The notes under the pieces are model-generated. The model was not told where the DNA came from and made no database searches. It was given only the letters and a program-made list of their open reading frames with translations. The translations under genes and the position numbers were made by a program. A stretch of 64,000 nucleotides of DNA from an uncultured Thermoanaerobaculia bacterium (GTDB lineage Bacteria > Acidobacteriota > Thermoanaerobaculia > Multivoradales > Multivoraceae): contig OX638294.1 of the NCBI GenBank assembly GCA_951812325.1, positions 529,136-593,135 of the forward strand. The letters are read 5' to 3'. Shown in pieces: positions 28,993 to 36,866 of the stretch (the first letter of the stretch is position 1; each line of letters begins with the position of its first letter).

Positions 28993-29205
28993 GTGCCGAG
29001 GAGACGGGTAGCCTTCGGCCTCCGAACTTCCGATCCTGAGGTGCCGACGTGGTGGGCCGCGGGGAAGCAGTACCCGAGGCGACGGGTAGCCTTCGGCCTC
29101 CGAACTCCCGATCCTGAGGGGCAGACGTCGTGGGCCGCGGGGGAGCAGTACCCGAGGCGACGGGTACCCTTCGGCCTCCGAACTTCCGATCCGTTCCTCC
29201 GCGTT
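28993..29205. repeat. 78-bp intergenic tandem repeat (about 2.7 copies) between npdG and cofE
   Basis: The string gacgggta occurs at 29003, 29081 and 29159. The unit ccgaggcgacgggtagccttcggcctccgaacttccgatcctgagg contains a gccttcggc hairpin. Confidence 0.9.
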
Positions 29206-29233
29206 CACCGGCCGCCGCGTCGTCGTCTGCATC

Positions 29234-29995
29234 ATGTTGAGCATCCAGTCCGTACCCGGCCTTCCCGAAGTCCGACCCGGCGACGACCTGGCCTTCCTGA
29301 TCACGGAAGCGATGCACCGGGCGCGCCTGACGTTGCGCGCCGGCGATGTACTCGTCGTCGCCCAGAAGATCGTCTCCAAGGCCGAAGGCCGAATCGTCGA
29401 ACTCGCGACGGTCGAACCCCGTGCCGAAGCCGTGCGGCTGGCGGCGGAGTGCGACAAGGATCCGCGGCTGATCGAACTCGTGCTCCGCGAATCCACCGCA
29501 GTGCTCCGCACCGTGCCGGGAGTCATCATCGTCGAGCATCGGCTCGGCCTGGTGCTGGCGAACGCGGGGATCGATCAGTCGAATCTGCGGCCAGGCGACG
29601 ACCACGGCTGCGCCCTGCTCCTGCCGGAGGATCCGGACGCCTCGGCGGCGGACCTGCGTGAAGCGCTCGCGGCGCGTTTCGGGGTCGAGGACATCGGCGT
29701 GACGATCAACGACAGCGTCGGCCGGGCCTGGCGTCTCGGCACCGTCGGGCTGGCAATCGGCGTTGCCGGCATGACGGCGCTCCGGGACCTGCGCGGAGAC
29801 CGCGACCGGTTCGGCCGTGAACTCCAGGTATCGGAAACCGGGATCGCCGACCAGATCGCAAGCGCCGCCCAGGTCGTCCAGGGCGAGGGCGACGAAGGCG
29901 CGCCCGTGGTGCGCGTCCGCGGCCTGAATAAGCTCGGGCCGGCTCAGGACGCGCGCGCGCTCCTGCGGCCTCGCAACCAGGATCTGTTCCGGTGA
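29234..29995 (+). CDS. cofE: coenzyme F420-0:L-glutamate ligase (stand-alone CofE)
   Basis: 253 aa. The N-terminus reads PGLPEVRPGDDLAFLI...GDVLVVAQKIVSKAEGRIVEL, and the sequence also contains ANAGIDQSN. There is no C-terminal nitroreductase-like domain. Confidence 0.85.
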   Translation: MLSIQSVPGLPEVRPGDDLAFLITEAMHRARLTLRAGDVLVVAQKIVSKAEGRIVELATVEPRAEAVRLAAECDKDPRLIELVLRESTAVLRTVPGVIIVEHRLGLVLANAGIDQSNLRPGDDHGCALLLPEDPDASAADLREALAARFGVEDIGVTINDSVGRAWRLGTVGLAIGVAGMTALRDLRGDRDRFGRELQVSETGIADQIASAAQVVQGEGDEGAPVVRVRGLNKLGPAQDARALLRPRNQDLFR

Positions 29996-31074
29996 GCACC
30001 GGCCCGTCGCCGTCGGAGGGCGCCCGGACGCGCTTTGCCGACTCGCAACCGGAATCTGTTCCGGCGGGCCCCGGCACGGGCCGCTGCCTCGCGCTGTCCG
30101 GCGGCGTTGGCGGCGCCAAGCTCGCACTCGGACTGTCGCGGGTTCTGCCGCCGGAGGACCTGACGATCGTCTGCAACACGGCGGACGACTTCGATCATCT
30201 CGGTCTCCGCGTCTGCCCCGACCTCGACACGGTGATGTACACCCTGGCCGGCGTCTCCAACCGCGTTACCGGCTGGGGTCAGGCGCACGAGACGTGGTCC
30301 TTTCTCGAGGCGCTTGCCCGGCTCGGCGGCGAGACCTGGTTTCGGCTCGGCGACCGGGATCTGGCGACCCACGTGGAGCGGACCCGCAGACTCCGCGCCG
30401 GCGAAAGCCTGACCGGGGTGACGGACGCGCTGTGCCGGGCGCTCGGCGTCGAAGCGAGGGTGCTGCCGATGAGCGACGATCCGGTGCGCACCGTCGTCGG
30501 CACGCGGGACGGCGAACTGAGCTTCCAGCACTACTTCGTCCGCGACCGCTGCGCCCCGGCGGTGACGGGCTTCCGCTTCGCGGGCGTCGATGCCGCCCGC
30601 CCGGCGCCGGACTTCCTCGCCGCCCTCGAGGACGACGCGACGGCGGCGATCGTCATCTGCCCCTCAAACCCCTTCGTCAGCGTCGATCCCGTGCTCGCGG
30701 CGCCGGGCGTCGAGCGGGCCCTGCGCCGCACAAGAGTTCCCGTCGTCGCGGTCTCACCCATCGTCGGCGGCGCGGCGATCAAGGGCCCCGCGGGCAAGAT
30801 GATGGCGGAACTCGGGATGCCGGTCACGGCAATCGGGGTCGCCAGGCACTACCGGAAACGGGATCTGCTCGACGGCTTCGTCATCGATCACGTCGATGCC
30901 GGGCAGGCGGCGGAAATCGAGAATCTCGGCCTCCCCACCCTGGTGACCGGCACGGTGATGGAGACGCTGGCCGACCGCGAACGCCTCGCCAGGGAGACGA
31001 TGGACTTCGCCCGCGGGCTCGCCCTCCCGCCCGACGACATCGTGGAAGCCGCGCCGCCGGAACCGTCCACGTGA
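29992..31074 (+). CDS. cofD: 2-phospho-L-lactate transferase (CofD/FbiA)
   Basis: 360 aa with LALSGGVGGAKLALGL and CNTADDFDHLGLRVCPDLDTVMYTLAG. The start overlaps the cofE stop. Confidence 0.9.
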   Translation: MSTGPSPSEGARTRFADSQPESVPAGPGTGRCLALSGGVGGAKLALGLSRVLPPEDLTIVCNTADDFDHLGLRVCPDLDTVMYTLAGVSNRVTGWGQAHETWSFLEALARLGGETWFRLGDRDLATHVERTRRLRAGESLTGVTDALCRALGVEARVLPMSDDPVRTVVGTRDGELSFQHYFVRDRCAPAVTGFRFAGVDAARPAPDFLAALEDDATAAIVICPSNPFVSVDPVLAAPGVERALRRTRVPVVAVSPIVGGAAIKGPAGKMMAELGMPVTAIGVARHYRKRDLLDGFVIDHVDAGQAAEIENLGLPTLVTGTVMETLADRERLARETMDFARGLALPPDDIVEAAPPEPST

Positions 31075-31781
31075 CGACGGAGGGCCTGTGGACGGTCCTG
31101 CCGGTCAAGGCCTGGTCCGAGGCCAAGCGGAGGCTGTCTCCCATCCTGAGCGCCGGAGAGCGGGAGGCCCTGGCCCGCTCGATGCTCGACGACGTGCTCG
31201 AGGCGATAGCGGGCGCCCCCCACGTCACGGGCACGCTTGCCGTGACCGCGGACGACGTGGCGGCGAGCTACCTCAGGGCAGCCGGATGCGAGGTTCTGTC
31301 CGAGCCCCGGCGAGGCCTGAACCGGGCGCTGGGCACGGCCGCCGGGGAACTCGGGCGCCGCGGCGAGGCGACGATGCTCGTCTTGCCGATCGACCTGCCC
31401 CTGGTGACCGCGGCGGACCTGCAGGAACTCTGCGCCCGGCACTTCGAGGATCAAGGACGCCACGTGGGCGGGAAGGCGCCGGGAGCGGCGGTGACCGTGG
31501 CGCCCGACCGCTTCCGTTCCGGGACCAACGCCCTGGTCTGTTCGCCGCCCGGATGCATCCCGTTCCGCTTCGGCGACGGCAGCTTCCACGCCCATCTGCG
31601 GGAGGCGGAAAGGGCGAGAGCCGCTCACTCCAGCGTGGTCCTCGCGAATCTCGGACTCGACGTGGACCATCCGGACGATCTGGCCGAACTGCTGCGGCTC
31701 GACCGTTCGGGCCGAACAGGCCGCTTCCTGCGTGGACTCGGGGCGCCGGACCGGCTGGAGATCCCGCGCAACCGGGACTGA
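31071..31781 (+). CDS. cofC: phospho-lactate/PEP guanylyltransferase (CofC/FbiD)
   Basis: The GTG start overlaps the cofD stop (GTGA at 31071-31074). The sequence WTVLPVKAWSEAKRRLSPILSAGEREALARSMLDDVL and LPIDLPLVTAADL fit the MobA-like CofC fold. Confidence 0.8.
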   Translation: MTTEGLWTVLPVKAWSEAKRRLSPILSAGEREALARSMLDDVLEAIAGAPHVTGTLAVTADDVAASYLRAAGCEVLSEPRRGLNRALGTAAGELGRRGEATMLVLPIDLPLVTAADLQELCARHFEDQGRHVGGKAPGAAVTVAPDRFRSGTNALVCSPPGCIPFRFGDGSFHAHLREAERARAAHSSVVLANLGLDVDHPDDLAELLRLDRSGRTGRFLRGLGAPDRLEIPRNRD

Positions 31782-31874
31782 TACCGTTCGGCACTCTTCG
31801 AGCCTGTCGCATCCCAGTCCGATCGAAATTGTCGCCGGGCACCGATCGGCTCGGCGCCCGCCGCCGTCATCGCC

Positions 31875-34517
31875 ATGTCACCTCCGCTCAGCGCGTTCCT
31901 GGACCGTCGCCCGACCCCTGACGAAGCGCACGCGCTTGCCCGCATCGAGCCGGGCGCCGGCCTCGACCAGCTGGTCGAGATGGCCGGCGAGCTGCGCGAC
32001 CGGGGCCACGGCGACCTGATCTCCTACTCGCGCAAGGTGTTCCTGCCGCTCACCCACCTGTGCCGGGACATCTGCCACTACTGCGTTTTCGCACAGCCGC
32101 CCAGGAAGGGCGAGGCGGCGTACATGCCGCTCGACAGCGTGCTGAGCCAGGCACGCCTCGCCGCGGCGGCCGGTTGCAAGGAGGCTCTCTTCACCCTCGG
32201 GGACAAGCCCGAGCTGCGCTACAAGGCGGCCCGCGAGGGCCTGGCGGAACTCGGCCACGAGTCGACCCTCTCCTACCTCCGCGAGGCCGCGGAACGGGTG
32301 TTTACCGAGACCGGGCTCCTGCCCCACCTGAACCCGGGCCTGATGACCGCCGGGGACATCGAGCGTCTGCGCCCCGTATCGCCGTCGATGGGCATCATGC
32401 TGGAGAGCGTGTCCATGCGGCTGCACGAGAAGGGCCAGGCGCACTACGGCTGCCCCGACAAGGTGCCCTCGCGAAGGATGGAGACGCTCCGGCTGGCCGG
32501 CGAGGCACGGGTGCCCTTCACCTCCGGCATTCTGATCGGCATCGGCGAGACGCGCGAGGAACGGATCGACGCCCTGCTCGCGATGCGCGGCCTGCACGAA
32601 GAGTACGGTCACATCCAGGAAGTCATCGTCCAGAACTTCCGCGCCAAGCCCGGGACCCGGATGAAGGACGCGCCCGAGCCGACCCTCGAGGACCTGCTGT
32701 GGACGATCGCCGCGGCGCGCCTCGTGCTCGGACCCGGGATGCACATTCAGGCGCCGCCGAATCTGAGCCCGGGCGTTCTGCCGCAGCTCATCGCAGCCGG
32801 CATCGACGACTGGGGCGGCGTCTCGCCGGTCACTCCGGACTTCGTCAACCCCGAGGCCCCCTGGCCCCACCTCGAACGTCTCGGCGAAGAGACCGCCGCC
32901 GCCGGCAAGACCCTGGTCGAGCGTCTGACGGTCTATCCGGAGTGGGCCAGACGCGGCGAGATCTGGCTCGACGACGGCCGCGGCCAGAGTCGCGCCGTCC
33001 GCCGCATGGGTGGCGTCCGTGCCGCCGTCCTGCAGCGCATCGACTCCACCGGGCTGCCGCGCACGGACGAGTGGTCGCCGGGAGAACAGACGCCGCCGCC
33101 GCGCGACATCCTGGACACGGTGACGGCGCCGGTCAGCCGCAACGGCAACGGCAACAGCGCCGTCGCTCCGACGCGCGAGATGCACCGCGAACCCCTGAGC
33201 ATGCGCGCCGGAGTCTCCGCGCCGTCGGCCGCGCCGGACCGAGCCCGGAGTTGCCCCCGCGAACCCCCGAGCATGCGCGCCGGAGTCTCCGCGCCCGTTC
33301 AGGCGGCCCTCGACCGGGTCCGCTCGGGCGGGGACCTGACCGAGGATCAGATCGCCGCCCTCTTCCGCGCCCGCGGCGCCGACTTCACCGCCGTCTGTTC
33401 CGCCGCCGATCAGGTCCGCCGCGAGGTGAACGGCGACACGGTGACCTACGTCGTCAACAGGAACATCAACTACACGAACGTCTGCTACTTCAAGTGCCAG
33501 TTCTGCGCCTTCTCGAAGGGCAAGCTGAGCGAGAACCTGCGCGGCAAGCCGTACGACCTGGAACTCGAGGAGGTCATGCGCCGCACGGTCGAGGCCTGGC
33601 AGCGCGGCGCGACGGAAGTCTGCATGCAGGGCGGCATCCACCCGGACTACACGGGCGAGACGTATCTCGGAATCTGCCGGGCGGTGAAGGAGGCGGCGCC
33701 CGAAATCCACGTCCACGCCTTCTCGCCGCTCGAGGTCTGGCAGGGCGCCGCGACCCTCGACATGCCGCTTGGCGACTACCTGCTGCTCCTCAAGGAGGCG
33801 GGCCTGGGCACCCTGCCCGGCACCGCCGCCGAGATCCTCGACGACGAGATTCGCGCGATCATCTGCCCCGACAAGCTGAACACGGACCAGTGGCTCGAGG
33901 TGATGGAGACCGCCCACGGGGTCGGCTACCGCACGACGGCGACGATCATGTACGGCCACGTCGACGGCCCGCGAAACTGGGCCCGTCACCTGCTCCGCCT
34001 GCGCGACCTGCAGAAGCGCACCCGCGGCTTCACCGAGTTCGTGCCCCTTCCCTTCGTCCACATGGAGGCGCCGCTCTACCTCAAGGGCCGCGCCCGCAAG
34101 GGGCCGACCTTCCGCGAGGCGGTGCTCATGCACGCCGTCGCCCGGCTGGCGCTTCACCCCTGGTTCGAGAACGTCCAGGCCTCCTGGGTCAAGATGGGGC
34201 CGGAAGGCGTCGCGGCCTGCCTCCGGGCCGGAGTGAACGACCTCGGCGGCACGCTGATGAACGAGAGCATCACCCGCGCCGCCGGTTCCGAGCACGGCCA
34301 GGAACTGCCGCCGTCCGCGATGGAGGCGCTGATCCGCAAGCTGGGCCGCGTGCCGAAGCAACGGACGACCGCCTACGGCGCCCCGCCCCCGGAACGCGTC
34401 GAAGCTTCCTTCCAGGCGGCGGAACTGGCCGCCGTGCTGAACACGCCCGCGCACCGGTACGAGCGCACCGGCCCCCTGCGGCTCGTCCGCCCGGGCTTGG
34501 GCGCCGACGGCGCCTAG
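31875..34517 (+). CDS. fbiC: FO synthase, fused CofG+CofH (FbiC)
   Basis: 880 aa with two radical-SAM halves (CRDICHYCVF and CYFKCQFCAF CxxxCxxC motifs). The linker carries a 72-bp in-frame duplication. Confidence 0.9.
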   Translation: MSPPLSAFLDRRPTPDEAHALARIEPGAGLDQLVEMAGELRDRGHGDLISYSRKVFLPLTHLCRDICHYCVFAQPPRKGEAAYMPLDSVLSQARLAAAAGCKEALFTLGDKPELRYKAAREGLAELGHESTLSYLREAAERVFTETGLLPHLNPGLMTAGDIERLRPVSPSMGIMLESVSMRLHEKGQAHYGCPDKVPSRRMETLRLAGEARVPFTSGILIGIGETREERIDALLAMRGLHEEYGHIQEVIVQNFRAKPGTRMKDAPEPTLEDLLWTIAAARLVLGPGMHIQAPPNLSPGVLPQLIAAGIDDWGGVSPVTPDFVNPEAPWPHLERLGEETAAAGKTLVERLTVYPEWARRGEIWLDDGRGQSRAVRRMGGVRAAVLQRIDSTGLPRTDEWSPGEQTPPPRDILDTVTAPVSRNGNGNSAVAPTREMHREPLSMRAGVSAPSAAPDRARSCPREPPSMRAGVSAPVQAALDRVRSGGDLTEDQIAALFRARGADFTAVCSAADQVRREVNGDTVTYVVNRNINYTNVCYFKCQFCAFSKGKLSENLRGKPYDLELEEVMRRTVEAWQRGATEVCMQGGIHPDYTGETYLGICRAVKEAAPEIHVHAFSPLEVWQGAATLDMPLGDYLLLLKEAGLGTLPGTAAEILDDEIRAIICPDKLNTDQWLEVMETAHGVGYRTTATIMYGHVDGPRNWARHLLRLRDLQKRTRGFTEFVPLPFVHMEAPLYLKGRARKGPTFREAVLMHAVARLALHPWFENVQASWVKMGPEGVAACLRAGVNDLGGTLMNESITRAAGSEHGQELPPSAMEALIRKLGRVPKQRTTAYGAPPPERVEASFQAAELAAVLNTPAHRYERTGPLRLVRPGLGADGA
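33186..33296 (+). repeat. in-frame 72-bp tandem duplication in the FbiC inter-domain linker
   Basis: The string cgcgaacccctgagcatgcgcgccggagtctccgcgcc at 33186 is matched by cgcgaacccccgagcatgcgcgccggagtctccgcgcc at 33258 (REPLSMRAGVSAP / REPPSMRAGVSAP). Confidence 0.9.
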
Positions 34518-34529
34518 CAGCCTGCCATC

Positions 34530-34600
34530 CATGCGCCCGCTGACGGGCGCACGGACTGGTTCACGGGTGGCGCGGAACCGCGCCACCCGGGTTCTGGCCG
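34530..34600. repeat. isolated twin-hairpin core of the MITE-like family (inverted orientation) between convergent genes
   Basis: The string tgcgcccgctgacgggcgcacggactggttcacgggtggcgcggaaccgcgccacccggg is the reverse complement of the core at 41636-41697. Confidence 0.8.
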
Positions 34601-34807
34601 GCATCCGGCGCGGAGCACCGGCTCCGGAGATTCGGCCACAAACCGGGTTCGCCCATCTGGCCGACCAGCCAGACCGGTTCCGGATCGCCGCCTTACTCTC
34701 CGCCCGCTACTTCGACGTCGTGGAAGGTTGCTCGTTCAGGCCCAGGAAGTGAGGCTCGGATTCCTGACGGCGGACCGGCAGTTGGAAGCCGGCGCCAGGC
34801 GGGGCCC

Positions 34808-35848
34808 CTACAGCACCGCCTCCGCGATTGCGTCGAGCGCCTCCGGCTGCTGGCAGCCGAGCAGCATGGAAGCGACCTGGCCCTTGGCCCCGGCTTCCTT
34901 CCAGGCCGCCAGACGGTCCACGATCCGCTCCTTCGGACCGACCAGGGCGACGTCGTCGACCAGGGCGTCCGGGACGGCGCCGATCGCCTCGCTCTTCTTG
35001 CCGCCGAGGAAGTTGTCCTGGATGGCCTTCGCCTCGTCCGGGTAGCCGAGGCGCTTGGCGTAGTCGTTGTAGAAGTTCTTGTCGCGCGCGCCCATCCCGC
35101 CGATGTAGAGGGCCATGCTCCTCTTGACCGGAGTGCGGCACTGCTCCACATCGTCGCCCATCACGACGGTGACGAATGGCATGACCCGGAAGTCGTCCAG
35201 TCCCTTGCCGTTGCCGGCCGCAGCGAAGCCGCGGTCGAGGGCGCCCTCGAGCAGGTCGAATCGCTCCGGGTTCATCCAGATCGGGAACACCCCGTCCGCA
35301 ACCTCGGCGCTGCATGCGAGCCCGTTCGGGCTGATCGACGCCGTGTAGATCGGGATCGAAGTGTCCGCCGCCAGGATGCACCTGAGCGGCTTGCCGAGAC
35401 CTGTCGCATCGTCGCCGCGATAGGGCAACTGGTAGTGGTAGCCGTCGTGGGTGACCGGCGCGTCCCGCGCGAAGACCTTGCGCATGATCTCGATGTACTC
35501 CTTCGTGCGGGTCAGCGGCCGCCCGTACGCGACGCCGTGCCAGCCCTCGATCACCTGGGGACCGGAAGGCCCCAGACCGACGAGGAAACGGCCTCCGGAG
35601 AGCTGGTTCAGGGTCATCGCGGTCATCGCGGTCATCGCGGGACTGCGCGCCGGCATCTGCATGATCGCCGTGCCGACCTTGATCTTCGAGGTCTGGGCGA
35701 GAACCCACGCCGCCGTCGAGACCGCGTCGGAGCCGTAGGCCTCGGCCGTCCATACCGAGGTGAAGCCGGCGCTCTCCGCCCGGCGAATCCGGTCGATCGG
35801 GATGTTCATCTGGCTGCCGAAGGCGCCCGCGAGCAGTCCTAATTCCAT
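34808..35848 (-). CDS. LLM-class F420-dependent oxidoreductase
   Basis: 346 aa from MELGLLAGAFGS, with GGAGA 8 nt upstream. It shows luciferase-like blocks (FTSVWTAEAYGSDAVSTAAWVLAQTSKIKVGTAIMQM, GRFLVGLGPSGPQVIEGWHG). The ORF is open to 35989. Confidence 0.8.
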   Translation of the reverse strand: MELGLLAGAFGSQMNIPIDRIRRAESAGFTSVWTAEAYGSDAVSTAAWVLAQTSKIKVGTAIMQMPARSPAMTAMTAMTLNQLSGGRFLVGLGPSGPQVIEGWHGVAYGRPLTRTKEYIEIMRKVFARDAPVTHDGYHYQLPYRGDDATGLGKPLRCILAADTSIPIYTASISPNGLACSAEVADGVFPIWMNPERFDLLEGALDRGFAAAGNGKGLDDFRVMPFVTVVMGDDVEQCRTPVKRSMALYIGGMGARDKNFYNDYAKRLGYPDEAKAIQDNFLGGKKSEAIGAVPDALVDDVALVGPKERIVDRLAAWKEAGAKGQVASMLLGCQQPEALDAIAEAVL

Positions 35849-35934
35849 CGTCCAGTCTCCAATGTCCTGAGTGCCTGTCGATTCCTCTGGGGAAAACGGG
35901 CGCGAGACTAGCAGCCCGGACATAGACTGGTCAC

Positions 35935-36759
35935 ATGCGCCAGGAGAACGAGGAGCCACGCGTGCGGAAACCGGGCGCCGGTCGCACACGCAGCCAGGTT
36001 CTGTGGCCGCTCGCGTTCCTCACGCTGATCCTCGGGTTGGTCGTGGCGATCGTGATCAGTTTCTTCGTCATCCGAGTGACCATGCTGCCCAGGGAGGTGG
36101 TGGAGGGCGGCCGCGAGCTCGCCCGCGACGCCGCCCTTGCCGTCGAGCGGATCGCGAAGGCGTTCCACACGGGCACCGTCCAGACCTCCTTTCTGAGTTA
36201 CGCCACCGAAGTCTCGGGCAGCGCCTTCCTGCAGTTCGCCTCTCTCGACCAGATCGAGGTGCTCCAGCGCACGGACTCGACAAGCCTGCTGTGGGGGCGG
36301 CTCAGGCTGCCTGACGTGATGGTCGAGGCGCGGGTTCCGGTCCGCTACACCTACTACCTGGACCTCGAGGACGAGTGGTCCCTGACCCTGGACGGAACGA
36401 CGGTCCATGTGCTGGCGCCAGGCGTGCGTGCAAACCGGCCGGCCGTGGACACTTCGGCGATCGAGTACCGGGTCCAGGCGGATTCGCTCCTGCGCGACGA
36501 GGAGGCGGTCCTGGAGCGGCTCCGGCGCCGCATCACGGACCAGTTGGCGTCTCGCGCGGGCGAGAACATCGCCCTGGTGCGCGAACTCGGGCGGCGCAGG
36601 ACGGCCGACTTCGTCCGCACGTTCCTCCTGTCGCAGTTCGGCGAGGACGTCGAGGGATATCGGATCGAGGTCAGTTTCCGGGACGAAGTCGACCTTCCCG
36701 CTTCGCCGGCCCTTGGCCCCGAGGCGTCGCGCGTCGTGACCGGGCAAGAGCAGCAGTGA
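35935..36759 (+). CDS. membrane-anchored DUF4230-like protein
   Basis: 274 aa. It has an N-terminal TM helix (VLWPLAFLTLILGLVVAIVISFFVI) and a body with a VPVRYTYYLDL-type pattern that I associate with DUF4230. Not HMM-verified. Confidence 0.55.
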   Translation: MRQENEEPRVRKPGAGRTRSQVLWPLAFLTLILGLVVAIVISFFVIRVTMLPREVVEGGRELARDAALAVERIAKAFHTGTVQTSFLSYATEVSGSAFLQFASLDQIEVLQRTDSTSLLWGRLRLPDVMVEARVPVRYTYYLDLEDEWSLTLDGTTVHVLAPGVRANRPAVDTSAIEYRVQADSLLRDEEAVLERLRRRITDQLASRAGENIALVRELGRRRTADFVRTFLLSQFGEDVEGYRIEVSFRDEVDLPASPALGPEASRVVTGQEQQ

Positions 36760-36866
36760 GCGGCAGTGAGAGGCCGGCAGTGAGAGTGGACCTGGACGCG
36801 AGCGAGGACAGCGAGGACAAGGGGCACTTGCAGCATTGAGCGGCAGTGAGAGACCGGCGGTGAGAG
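36750..36866. repeat. 78-bp tandem duplication anchored on the DUF4230 gene stop codon
   Basis: The string gcagcagtgagcggcagtgagaggccggcagtgagag at 36750 is matched by gcagcattgagcggcagtgagagaccggcggtgagag at 36828. Confidence 0.85.

Noticed and set aside
35612-35639. 9-bp x3 in-frame microsatellites: ggtcatcgc at 35612 (AMTAMTAMT in the LLM gene) and gcgagggac at 43008-43034 (ASLASLASL in the PQQ protein signal peptide)
   Set aside because: They are real but small. They are ordinary slippage-prone triplet-multiple repeats with no evident function, noted only as further signs of local repeat instability.
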